Shown here: positions 33,001-40,406 of the stretch, piece after piece
Position numbering within the stretch: the first letter of the stretch is position 1
How the letters are laid out: the number at the start of each line of letters is the position of its first letter
DNA from: a virus
Lineage: Duplodnaviria > Caudoviricetes
IMG/VR virus record: IMGVR_UViG_3300013902_000013
Span: 1-64,000 of that record
Strand: one strand, 5' to 3'
DNA: 64,000 nucleotides
Position numbers and translations under genes: made by a program
Notes under the pieces: generated by a model
Databases searched by the model: none
Told to the model about the DNA's origin: nothing
What the model saw: only the letters and a program-made list of their open reading frames with translations

Positions 33001-33037
33001 CTTTAAAATTTAAATTATAATTTAATGCTTTAGCCAA
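24059..33037 (-). CDS. Tail tape measure protein
   Basis: 2992 aa, mostly helical; N-terminal TP901-like core (LDSALRDIRIVS...DFA..A...AK.L..TT.DY..GALIYYQQG) and C-terminal SFDTGGYTG...LHEKELVLN; TTG start with RBS. Confidence 0.92.
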   Translation of the reverse strand: MAKALNYNLNFKANTKEAESSLKQLQTQLEALYNNPLKFNTASLKEAKAEIQNLSRMLSASTNSAGKLNLGNFNTELKKAGMSVDQISKQMLNFGREGQQAFASFAKSVATAQEPIKQTSKMLDEMWVTMKNTVRWQLTASALGSFTGAISDAVSYAHQLDSALRDIRIVSDESAESMEQFAIDASKAAKRLSSTTKDYAEGALIYYQQGLDQEESRARTETTLKMANVTGDSASQVSSYMTAIWNNYAKGSENLEHFTDVMADLGARTASSSSEIADGLQQFVALGPVIGLSFDNAAAALAAVSSSTRESANVIGNSFKTIFSRLEGLSLGKTLEDGVDLNKYSLALSKIGVQVLDTSGQLKDADTILDDIMDKWDTLSRTQQVATAQAVAGVYQYSRFMALMEAKDSYRQNLDWAKNADGAVDKQMEVYEESWTAAQNRFKDSLNQVYNQLDIEDGAKALYNALDKVASSAANLLEQMGGVKTLFLAIAGIAGGAFSTQINAAFTRMNQNFQVWLKGSDMFKNLQKDMVDSIAVAKERITDPTILKNIEAQEHLIQVRQKAFEQSKSLTEQEKQYNNVIIQSLEAQNEAQEKLRESLAEQEDIMTSKNGTEMDRFLTGRRVPSFNDAIDTVIANDISNIGDVNNLEDLLVNLTDRYQNLVIENNRLSEASSLTASSIRDAFSATGNSTMAIQKQVSNAVKSLKDYFPTVYEELSKNNKGILDSLENMAISDLDTLKQYSDRVVQQLKQTKEQVRGQRNDLSSFFSDIGYGAKPMHDRAEKYWNFEKQMIEGQMRMSQAENSIITQSAGKSSLETMLKLSSAAGQAALAISSLQSIKSVFSDEATTSTEKMVSVLMSLSLLLPSVKTGFDAINKFSSKRTEGRNKAADVKNNIFSEDRIKELKSDVQSKRAKINIPKQNREEAEKKAKIAQEEYNQAVEKSEKATQRVAQKQRELTKQEEKLVALQKEKNALIERQNNLVKDGVAYKRIQAQIEENEKKQNNIKQGIETRKNNLADFRNTATEAEQKVTSAENRKNNAEQAKINAENIEQETRAQYENAKATLASAEAHSKDNVVTTASNAITELNTKTDLSAVEIEELKTKALSAGIITKDKANQTQRISIAIEKQGVLATMMQASAEAASATSAGAAAAAHAGLAAALQVVAVAAKELAVALLANPLVWFAAAAAAVVASIWAISKALSADTDALEANKQKLSELNQALSEAKSAYEGIKDAQSVYDEAKSGLNDVVKGTQDWYEALDEVNQKILEILTNYPELWAYVSQGENGLEISKEGWDNLIEQKRKEVADKQAAQMAGQNAVWDSENVVNRNSVKRKDRKYLDQYTSGTINETQLRNSIGASEILGFDAEDFGNLEDKMAGLKKGTAEYNGTLVEVGLNAEKWEKILAEVDSRTQNILENGNKIKTNNSSKDNALESYFGTYLSDNDAYNNSKNKEAVNKALSKRFGKDVKDSYATYEKTGIRSRYEEKTGLTKDDEGYLKNTKAQAEYLAMTSVNAEEAEETIQKVNEALQSLVNTYGETTGGILGQLLTGGSLEGYTDAEIDAAIDAIHAKTDNLDANSSPDKIAKAIFGTDGEQAIEYMGLFGEESAWGFIKRAINVFDNWKNKNKGGAVGKALEDSDLTDSTKKAVTKAYDSLSEDDKKVALEVVPELTEEEAKKFVKDASGYIKKYSDDLEAADTLANITKEIDAVKDAGDTYSFDTSDVEAYAKQLQRLAKEGKIANKTLADNYDTALEVAFAYQKMNDGLEKIRSGWETWQPILAKGSQNNSEWSNTFNDYTTQMEKVLGMQLQGLQNTAGEPIDITFLADTESLKLAEQALNGDADAVDRLKAKAQEKIFFEVYADEIDDSGMREDLTQMAGLITNWVSSHNLEIGAEIDDAQFIAALQTMATAAGTTADQIGKLFGFTISGSVDDWETVSIPIPNVTSNMMQYADPRAGSAIASLKRQGVNLSNSSVTLKLPKIKFSTTSGAAGTTASIPKATGTSGSKGSGGKSKGGSGGSGSESKYEPDQLDDEFDKYYYYEKTIDDLAKAYDRLSAARDRAYDPKDYSAKTAQMNANLKAQLEVYKKYQAEVLNDLEFDKKYLTGLGAQFDSWGNMTNYKAFMENQKASFQMQLNKAGSDEAAEKIKERWEILKNKVEQWQDEHDTYADLTSTIEEITNEIIDNKLSDFQFELDVNTDKADAALDHISSRLSHLDHYKLNVSLLVDAQEDELGEMLNKLEYQRHYLRQLNAEAATDGMNKNLQDAINEAKKNIDSLVTDIENKVDDIGNDIQKIFDDLDDRVESTKNKLSNFGDILSNMKDIISLSGQKYTKNSTYNALQYTIEQTNKNNASILKQQLESLKMAKKRMEEARAELATQGADDAVLKQWDDKIKEATEQITSLSADLTSAIQESISAIVDAATEALENSMKKAEMKLFNMGDLEMMKNYYDEYQDLSEEYLDNTEKTYELGKLMRQINNSIADKNNVTGAKELAALADEVTQKQAEGVKLSQYNVDLLNAKYQLTLAQIALEEAQNNKTTMRLRRDASGNYTYVYTADADAISDAEQNVEDKQKNLYDISKEYEEKIAASWFDVLQQYEERVQELQEKYQAGIIDQTEFNEQKKELDRIYAEKIKYIYDELNKVYENSTLTFKDSNLQKATSMENLKQLFDDSNEFIKDISTDATTNAEDQANAIKDILNSVGIDVGDLADTFYDANNRIMDSVTTMTISTQEDLKAFNMALDDSIKKIQEYSAAASAAFGTTGEAYVATGDKTGHTGDLSKQYMNAIAAGDTELANQLLTERAGKMATMNSKTLSSLISNERLQKWAKYYNNPDSDYYEAAKDMLDSVNNGGSALQWWVEIMNKITKDNPYKGTSSFDTGGYTGPWGPESKLALLHEKELVLNKSDTENILDAVNVIRSMSQSITSSLVGDLVDLVGSLGKINTNINSSTEKVPQMVTIDASFPNVSVASEIEEAFNDLANQAAQFASIKRV

Positions 33038-33157
33038 TTTAATTCTCCTTTCTCTCCTTAAAAATATCTATAAAAAAATCCACCCATAATAGAACGGGTG
33101 GATATATCTTTCCATATTAAATAAAAATTTTATTCAGCAGTTTCTAACAAAATGCCC

Positions 33158-33685
33158 TTATGCATTTTCAATAATTTTCTTTACATATTCAAGATTTTCT
33201 GGATTTAAGCCTTCAGTAATTTTATCTACATCCATAGCAATAGCATCGTTATCTGCGCGCATTCTACTAAGCATACCTGCAAGACTACAATTATATCTTT
33301 CTATTGCAACAGAACAAGATTCTATAGTTTTAATAATACTATCATATTCTTCCTTTGGAATCGCGCCAATTATTGCGTCAGTCGCGCCAGCCGCATCTAA
33401 AAGGTCCATGGTCTTGAACAAATTATCCCCAATCTGTTTTTCTGTGAAAGTAATATTAGTATATGCTTTAATTAATTCTATAGTTGTAATAAAATCAATC
33501 TTAATAGGATTAAAATAACCATATATTTCATCAACCGATTTGGTTAAAATAGATTCTATTAATTCTAACTTTTCATCAGTTGATAAAAATTGCTTCACAG
33601 CAACTTGCGCGCCATTAATTTCTATTGTTTTTTCTTCCTTGTTTACCTTAGGAAGATTAAGTTTTGTAAAAGTAATTTTTGCCAT
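33158..33685 (-). CDS. Hypothetical protein, possible tail assembly chaperone
   Basis: 175 aa; immediately upstream of the tape measure gene. Confidence 0.55.
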   Translation of the reverse strand: MAKITFTKLNLPKVNKEEKTIEINGAQVAVKQFLSTDEKLELIESILTKSVDEIYGYFNPIKIDFITTIELIKAYTNITFTEKQIGDNLFKTMDLLDAAGATDAIIGAIPKEEYDSIIKTIESCSVAIERYNCSLAGMLSRMRADNDAIAMDVDKITEGLNPENLEYVKKIIENA

Positions 33686-33727
33686 AATAGCCTCCTTTAT
33701 CTCATATATAATATATTATATCAAAAA

Positions 33728-35149
33728 TTATTTCGCATACAAAGCCGTTCTATTCATAGAAACAGAAATTTTATATTTATGTAATTCCATTAAAGTATTA
33801 GAGATTCTCTCCATTGCACCATTGATTCCTCCATCTGGAACCGTTCCAACCCAACTATTTGCAAGCCGCACATTATCTAAACCCTGGAAAGTAAAATATG
33901 TATCAACATTATTTTTAACGCTATTAAATAATCTACTCATATCTACTACTCTTACCTGTCCACCCACTCTATCATTAACAATTAATATTTGCGCTGAATA
34001 ACCTTGCTTTTCGCCTATTGCTCCCTGCAAAGATTTCATAGCCGCAACCTGTTTAACAGCTTTATTATAACTTGATATTAATTGACTATTTAAAGCTACA
34101 ATACCAGTCCCATTATAACTCATCATGTTTAAATAGTGAGTTACAAATTCTGCATTTTGGTCAAGCAAAAGGGTAAGTAAAGGAGTAGAATCAACCATTC
34201 CAATTTTATCTACACCTATGTTTTTTGCAGAAATACCTAAAGACTTTTCTCCATCTTTAAAATTTACAGTTATATCAGCTTTTGCAATCCTGTTATCAAA
34301 ATTCCAAGTGTACTCTCCTTTTGCATTCTTAGATAAATCATATTTTCCCTTTATAGCATTTCTTGAAAGTTGAGTCATGTTTTCTGGTGTAAAACTAATT
34401 GTAACTCTATCGGATTTCGTTATATTAGTTAAATTTTCTTGAACCAAATTATCTGCCCAGTTCTCATCAACTTTACTTAAAGCTGATATCCCAGAACTAA
34501 TTGCAGATAAAAGAAAATCTTCCAATATTTCTGTTTTAGGAAAATTTGCTTTTTCTATTAAAGCATTTATCTCGTCTAAATATTTCCAAAATTCAGAATC
34601 TTTAAAGACTCGCTTACCCTCAAAATTTGAACTGTTAAAAATTGATTCAAAATTACGCGCCTGTTGCAAGAGGGAAGAAGCTGTATTAACAGAAATAAAA
34701 CCTTTATTTGCTTCTTTTGTTACATTATTTATCATGATTTGAAGTCTATTTTGTACGGTTGATAATCTTACATATGATTCCCTATTAGTATTTATCTTGC
34801 GCGCGGATTTGAATTCCGGTCTTTCAATTCCACCTCCAGACTCCCACATAACAGGTATAAGGTTATCATATTTAGCTAAAAGCCCCTCGATGCGGGCGCG
34901 CGCTTTTTTAATTTCATCTTTTGATATATTTTTACTTTTCTTCTTTGAATATAAAATAGCATTTAAAATCTGTTCTAAACGTCTTAAGTTTCCTGCGGAA
35001 ATACTACTATTCTTAGGAATTTTTATTTTATCATGTTGCGTTTTTAAAGCTTGAGAAGCATCTGGTTTTTTGCTTGTTCCTCTTCTATTAATACCATATT
35101 TTATATAATTAAGTTTATTATAATGGACATAATCACCAATTCCACTCAT
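33728..35149 (-). CDS. Hypothetical protein, possible restriction-endonuclease-like fold
   Basis: 473 aa; KADITVNFKDGEKSLGISAKN resembles a D-Xn-(E/S)xK nuclease core. Confidence 0.55.
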   Translation of the reverse strand: MSGIGDYVHYNKLNYIKYGINRRGTSKKPDASQALKTQHDKIKIPKNSSISAGNLRRLEQILNAILYSKKKSKNISKDEIKKARARIEGLLAKYDNLIPVMWESGGGIERPEFKSARKINTNRESYVRLSTVQNRLQIMINNVTKEANKGFISVNTASSLLQQARNFESIFNSSNFEGKRVFKDSEFWKYLDEINALIEKANFPKTEILEDFLLSAISSGISALSKVDENWADNLVQENLTNITKSDRVTISFTPENMTQLSRNAIKGKYDLSKNAKGEYTWNFDNRIAKADITVNFKDGEKSLGISAKNIGVDKIGMVDSTPLLTLLLDQNAEFVTHYLNMMSYNGTGIVALNSQLISSYNKAVKQVAAMKSLQGAIGEKQGYSAQILIVNDRVGGQVRVVDMSRLFNSVKNNVDTYFTFQGLDNVRLANSWVGTVPDGGINGAMERISNTLMELHKYKISVSMNRTALYAK

Positions 35150-35203
35150 AGTAAACTCCTTTCACCTATAAAAAAAAGGAGGGATAAAACCCTCCTTAAT
35201 TTA

Positions 35204-35974
35204 TTATTCAGTTTCAGTATCGTCTTCTGTAAACTTTTCAGTTCCAAAATAGAAACCATCAGTATCTTCATTGTACTGATATCTCTTATAAGTTACTTCA
35301 CCAGCTTCTACACCAGTTTCAACATCAAAGTTGTCATCTGCTCTCAGAATCTGGAGTGCTGCAAGTGTTTTCTTGCTTGCTCCCTTAACATAGCCTGGGA
35401 ACGCGTCAACCGTGAACTGGAATGTACTTGGATCGCCACTTGAAGACATTGTAAACGTGAACGCGGTCTGAACCTTACCCTTAGGGATAATAATTTCTGC
35501 CGGTACGTCTACGCCATCAAGTTCTCTTCTATAAAGAGTTGAACCCTCAATATAGAAATAACCTGCAAACTGGTCTGGTGTAATTTCTATTCTCATAGCA
35601 TCTGTCATATACTTATGATAGTAGTCTACCATAATTCTATCGCCCTTCTTGATAAGGTCGCTTGATACGATAGTGCCTGCTTCTGTTACTTTTGTACCTT
35701 CAATCTTTACAGCCGTACCAGACATTTCACCATTGTCATCTAACAGCATAATATAAACAGGTCTTTCAACCTCACCTTCCTGTGAAACGTAAATAGAAGG
35801 GTCAGTAGAAGTAAGTGTTACTTTACCATCTTCTGTTGCAATAAGTGAAACTGTTTCATGTCCAAATACTGCGTTAGCCTCAGTGTTGTCGGCCTGGATC
35901 AGATTCGCACCGGTCAGGATAGCCATACCCACAGGGCTAATGAGAGCATCGGTAAATGTGAAGGTTACGTTCTT
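35204..35974 (-). CDS. Major tail (tube) protein, exon 2
   Basis: Reads KNVTFTFTDAL...; the track's TTG start is the intron's terminal TTG. Joined to exon 1 it gives a 323-aa protein ...LIAWEGE|KNVTFTF... High-expression-type codon usage like the capsid gene. Confidence 0.8.
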   Translation of the reverse strand, partial: KNVTFTFTDALISPVGMAILTGANLIQADNTEANAVFGHETVSLIATEDGKVTLTSTDPSIYVSQEGEVERPVYIMLLDDNGEMSGTAVKIEGTKVTEAGTIVSSDLIKKGDRIMVDYYHKYMTDAMRIEITPDQFAGYFYIEGSTLYRRELDGVDVPAEIIIPKGKVQTAFTFTMSSSGDPSTFQFTVDAFPGYVKGASKKTLAALQILRADDNFDVETGVEAGEVTYKRYQYNEDTDGFYFGTEKFTEDDTETE

Positions 35975-37196
35975 CAATTGTTTCTTATGTCTCCATAAGC
36001 TTTAGACTATATCTTCTCTATATACGCGGCGTGGTTCTTCTAGCGCATATAGAGTCCCTCACTGTCTCCATTAAGGAGCACTTAGTCGTTGAAGTTTTTA
36101 ATTATAATTTTCCAGAAATCAGAAGTTGTCAAAAACTTCTCTAATTCGTTAAAATATTGATAAGGAATAATTAACAAAGGAATGTGATTATCTTCTGCAA
36201 ATTTTTGTTTTATATAATCATGCTTTTGTGTATAAATTAATCTCTCTGGAGTATTCCATTGAGTCCCACGAGCAGAATAATGCTGATCACCATTATTTTC
36301 AATCAAACCAATTAATTCATCATTTTTATTAAATAATGCAAAATCAAATGGAAGCGGCGCTTTATCTCGACAATCTTCAAAACGGTACTCTCTTTTAAAA
36401 GGAATCTCTAATTTTGTTAAGATTCTGCCCATTTCTTCATTAGCCTTAGAATTTATACATCCACAAGAAGTAGTATTACCATTAAATAAATTCCCACCTC
36501 TCACAGTAACTTCATTACCACACTCGCATTTACATTTATAATAATATTTATCTCCATGTAGTTCATAATTGATAATTGTCAATTTACCATATTTTTCTCC
36601 AATATGATTAGCGGCGTTTTCTTCATTATATTTTTTAGTATTTTCAACTTTTAAACAACCACAGCTTTTAGTAGCGCCTTGTAATAAACTTCCTCTATAA
36701 ACACTTTTTACAGTGCCACAATCACATTTACAAATATAATATCTTGGTCTACTAGAATCCTTTTTTAATACCGTCCATCGACCAAATTTCATTCCTATTA
36801 AAGTATTCATGCAATCTCTAGAACAAGCTGTAGATTCACCTCTGATAAGACTTGTACCTCTTACAGGCTTCTCCGTTCCACAAACATCACATTTACATAA
36901 AAAATATTTAACTCTATGAGCATTATTATGACTAAATTTTATTACATCCCAATGCCCAAACTTCATTCCTGGTTTTATCTCACTTGGAGTCATGGTTTAA
37001 AGTCTCCTTTTTCAATGATTAAATAATTAACTTACCTGCGGATTGTCTTATAATCTTATGCTTTTTACTATACCTTGGACATTACTCCTTGCCCTTGGTT
37101 ATGTCACCATACCAAGTTAGTATATAAGACCTTCAAGAGATCCCCGCAATTCAAGGGTTTGATTTAGAAGGGAACGAACGTAGCCTAAAGGGCTTC
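35975..37196 (-). ncRNA. Group I self-splicing intron (IA-like, ~1222 nt) in the major tail gene
   Basis: Minus-strand core elements: P AATTGCGGGGA (37141-37151), Q AATCCGCAG (37036-37044), R TTCAACGACTA (36083-36093), S AAGATATAGTCT (36004-36015; GACTA/TAGTC P7 pair), P9 hairpin CTTATG-GAGA-CATAAG (35984-35999) and terminal G at 35975. The IGS (37167-37185) pairs with both exons. Confidence 0.88.
36082..36993 (-). CDS. Intron-encoded putative homing endonuclease
   Basis: Three repeats of G.KFG.WTV....CKCDCG...V.G..L..G.T.SCGC followed by a Vsr/DUF559-like nuclease domain (EYRFEDC...LPFDFAL...IENNGDQHY...HD..KQ.FA...IPLLIIPY). The stop codon overlaps the intron R element. Confidence 0.8.
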   Translation of the reverse strand: MTPSEIKPGMKFGHWDVIKFSHNNAHRVKYFLCKCDVCGTEKPVRGTSLIRGESTACSRDCMNTLIGMKFGRWTVLKKDSSRPRYYICKCDCGTVKSVYRGSLLQGATKSCGCLKVENTKKYNEENAANHIGEKYGKLTIINYELHGDKYYYKCKCECGNEVTVRGGNLFNGNTTSCGCINSKANEEMGRILTKLEIPFKREYRFEDCRDKAPLPFDFALFNKNDELIGLIENNGDQHYSARGTQWNTPERLIYTQKHDYIKQKFAEDNHIPLLIIPYQYFNELEKFLTTSDFWKIIIKNFND

Positions 37197-37397
37197 TTCC
37201 CCTTCCCACGCGATTAATCTAGAGTTACCTCTTCCGCCCTGGGCATAGGTAGTCGTAGACTCGCCCGTAAGTTCGGAAGTGGTTACTGTATCAAAATAAA
37301 TAACTGGTTCGCCCTTTTTAAAAACATGATTACCTATCTTCATGTTTGCAAGAGCTTTAAAGCATACATCAACGCATTCGCGTACACCTAAACGCAT
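37197..37397 (-). CDS. Major tail (tube) protein, exon 1
   Basis: MRLGVRECVDVCFKA...TTTYAQGGRGNSRLIAWEGE, followed by an in-frame stop inside the intron P1 loop region. Confidence 0.8.
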
Positions 37398-37422
37398 AGA
37401 TATACCTCCTAAAAATTTTAAT

Positions 37423-38154
37423 CTATGTAATATCTTTCATCCAATCATCTACCGGTTGTTCTGGAGAGCCACCCGCTAGACGTATCTTAAGATCTATATT
37501 CCATGCCATATTTAAATTAAATCTTTCAAAAACTTCATATAAAGTAGGTAACGTCCATTTGCAAATCTCCAGAGGATTAATATGTAAGCCCACAGACAGA
37601 ATTGAAATGTAGCGCGCCAGTATAGATTCTTGAATAGAACCTTTCTGTGCAGCAACTCGTTGTTTACCTCTTTTTATTTTTTCAGCTATATCCGCAGCTT
37701 TCTTATTTACGGGATTATAAATCTGTTCAGCGCCAAAAATTTTATAGGTCTGAAAAATTTCCCTTAATTTTTCCTGCAATATTTCAAATTTAATATCATC
37801 TATAAGAACAGAGTGTTCAGTTTCCACATTATTAGCAATTAAACCGCCAGAAGGTGAAAACATAAACTTATAGTTAGGAAATAAAATAAACAACAGCGAA
37901 AAAGTATTATCTTTAAGTTCTTTAGATTCTTTTTCTTGAAGTATTGTTGAAAAAATCTTAAAATTAGTTATTTCTGCGAAAGCTGGTAGATTTTGAAAGT
38001 AATTTTCTTTTTTTAATGTGATAAATTTTATTACAGAGAAAATAACTTCATCGTTTCCAAGATATGATAATTCTGTAATTGATGGTTGATGTAAAACCAA
38101 TCCTAATTCTGGAATGGGTATATCCACGCCAGTAAAATGACTTAGCTTAACCAT
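37423..38154 (-). CDS. Hypothetical neck/tail-region protein
   Basis: 243-aa ORF in the structural operon. Confidence 0.65.
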   Translation of the reverse strand: MVKLSHFTGVDIPIPELGLVLHQPSITELSYLGNDEVIFSVIKFITLKKENYFQNLPAFAEITNFKIFSTILQEKESKELKDNTFSLLFILFPNYKFMFSPSGGLIANNVETEHSVLIDDIKFEILQEKLREIFQTYKIFGAEQIYNPVNKKAADIAEKIKRGKQRVAAQKGSIQESILARYISILSVGLHINPLEICKWTLPTLYEVFERFNLNMAWNIDLKIRLAGGSPEQPVDDWMKDIT

Positions 38155-38698
38155 TTAAAGTTTTAATATCCTTTACTTGGTCATCTTTACCATGTGTTAC
38201 AGAATACATTAAAGTCAATCCGGCAATTTCATCACTAACAACTATTTGGCTTGCGCCAGTAAATTTAACAGTGCCAATACCAGTCAACTTTTGATTATTA
38301 AACATAGAATCAATAATACCGGCAATTTTATAAGGTCTTAATTGAAAATCAGTTAATTCCCATAATTTAAAATTACACAATATATCAAATACTATATCAC
38401 AATCTCTAAACTCTGGATTTCCACTCTGAACAAAATTATCAAAAGAAATAATAACTTGCGCCTTTAGCTCTGGCTCAACTTCAGCTTTCGGCACAATTTT
38501 AATATATTTCTTTGTAATTAAATCTAAAACTTCATCCTCCGAAAGGTTAGGACAAGAGGAAGAAAGACATGTTTTATCGGTACGATAAAGCAACTTTTTA
38601 AAATCCTCATTATCTAAAAGTTTATTAATAATTAAGCGATAATCTTTTTCCAGAGATAGAAAACTAGAGTTAGCCTTTTCATAATGCACTCTTTTCAT
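38147..38698 (-). CDS. Putative tail completion/terminator-like protein
   Basis: 183 aa; position between the neck and major tail genes. Confidence 0.5.
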   Translation of the reverse strand: MKRVHYEKANSSFLSLEKDYRLIINKLLDNEDFKKLLYRTDKTCLSSSCPNLSEDEVLDLITKKYIKIVPKAEVEPELKAQVIISFDNFVQSGNPEFRDCDIVFDILCNFKLWELTDFQLRPYKIAGIIDSMFNNQKLTGIGTVKFTGASQIVVSDEIAGLTLMYSVTHGKDDQVKDIKTLNG

Positions 38699-38717
38699 AT
38701 CTCAAACTCCTTTTTCT

Positions 38718-39648
38718 CTAAAATAATGATTCTACCACAATCATTTTCTCATAAGTTACGCCGTCCACTGTATATACCAATGTAAAGCTACCACTTACAA
38801 CATCATTCCAAACTAATTTTACGCGTTGGTCTGCAAGAGGAAGTAAAGTTATAGGACGTTTTTCCTTAATTGACCACGCGCCGCCAGCAAGACCGGCGCC
38901 ATATACATAAGATTTTTTAGGTCGAATAACACCTTCGCCCTCTACGATATGTTCACCAGATTTCTCTTCTCTTGCAGGTTTTATTACAAATGCGTCTGCA
39001 AGTGCTTCATCTGATTTGTCTTTATCAACATCTTTGTAATATTCAAGGGCAGTTATCTGTAAAATACCCTCAACACTAATACTGTCAACTACTTGGATTT
39101 CCCAAGCCATATCATTAAAAAGAAAACGTGCATATCTTTTAAAAAATTTCTTAGTATCTGGATTGTTTGGAATTAATATCTCTAAAGACCAGTTAGGCGT
39201 ATCTATACTAATACCTGATTTTTGCAGATAGTTAATCTTCGTTTCTACTGGACCTTGGATATAACACCATGAAGATTTTTTTACCATCTACCCAAAAAAG
39301 CTCCCATTTACAACGTCTAATTTCCGCCTTAAAAAAAGAATCTTCAGTAGAGTGAGGTAAATATACTAACCATTTTGTATCTGTATTAAGCCATTCAAAT
39401 ATATCTCCTGGCATAAATTTAGAAGCAAAATCTATAGAAAGTATTTTATCATCATAATCTTCTTTTTCTTTGTCTGGGTTTATGAGCGCGCGCCACTGCA
39501 CGTCTTCACCCAGCTTTCTGACATCCTCAGCTTGATGACTATATTTTAAAGTCTTGAGAAATGCCTTATATTTATCTTGTATCATTCTGTGCTCTTGGTC
39601 ACCGCCCTGCCAATCAAGCCTTTTCTTCATTAATTCTAGATTACTCAT
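38718..39648 (-). CDS. Putative head-closure/neck protein split by a +1 frameshift at an A7 tract
   Basis: The ORF from ATG 39648 (MSNLELMKK) reaches GAT GGT AAAAAAA TCT TCA (T7 at 39276-39282 on +). Removing one A fuses it to 38718-39287 as one 309-aa protein (...WVDGKKSSWCYIQGPVET...). Confidence 0.7.
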
Positions 39649-39928
39649 GATACAATTCATTAAACATTGTAATACTCTCAAACACATTACGTCTATAAGG
39701 TTCAAAATGTTTAATAATCTTCATTCCCTCTAACTTAGACAAGAGTGTAAGAAAGTTTACATGCCCTTTAAAAATTTCATTAAGTCCTGCTATTTCAATA
39801 ATTACACTATCTAGCTGTTTTTCCCAATCAGCATTTTCTTCCCAAAGTGGAATCAATTTCCATATTTGATTGGTCATGCGCTTGCGGCTTTGGTCAAGGT
39901 CACAATCAAACCCATATTTAGTCGTCAC
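39641..39928 (-). CDS. Hypothetical protein (neck region)
   Basis: 95-aa ORF overlapping both neighbours by a few nt. Confidence 0.7.
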   Translation of the reverse strand: MTTKYGFDCDLDQSRKRMTNQIWKLIPLWEENADWEKQLDSVIIEIAGLNEIFKGHVNFLTLLSKLEGMKIIKHFEPYRRNVFESITMFNELYHE

Positions 39929-40388
39929 TAAGCGCGCTCTTTTCTATAAGAACTGACCAATTTGATTCCATACTACCATCTTCTTCTTTTCTGCGGCGGC
40001 GCCTATAAAGACGCTGCATATGGCGCTCTTCAGTCGAAATATTATCTTTAAGGGAAATTAACTTAGCTAAATGATTCGCTTGGCTAGTCATCTTAAAATC
40101 AGCGTTTGAATACTTCATACGAGTGTTCTCGATGCTAGTTATCTGACGCTGAACCCAAGCGCGCATCATTAAAATTGCAAGAATATTTATTTCCTCTTGG
40201 GTTAGGTCGGCGGTAAACCCATTTTCATCATAATCATAGATTGCGAATCGAGGAAATTCAAAATAAGGAATTGCATCAGCTAAAATGTTTCTGCAATCCT
40301 CTATCGTTTCCTCTTTTGTCCACTCTTGATACATGTCATCAGTGATTTTTCCAAGGAAACGGTCATAAATTACATCGAAAGAAGTCAT
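39918..40388 (-). CDS. Putative head-tail adaptor
   Basis: 156 aa; MTSFDVIYDRFLGKITD...LTQEEINILA pattern; located downstream of the capsid gene. Confidence 0.6.
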   Translation of the reverse strand: MTSFDVIYDRFLGKITDDMYQEWTKEETIEDCRNILADAIPYFEFPRFAIYDYDENGFTADLTQEEINILAILMMRAWVQRQITSIENTRMKYSNADFKMTSQANHLAKLISLKDNISTEERHMQRLYRRRRRKEEDGSMESNWSVLIEKSALSDD

Positions 40389-40406
40389 ATGTCTCCTTTC
40401 TATCTA

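Noticed and set aside
33040-33700. Lambda G/GT-type programmed frameshift in the gene before the tape measure
   Set aside because: No clear slippery site with an extended second frame; a terminator-like hairpin follows the stop.
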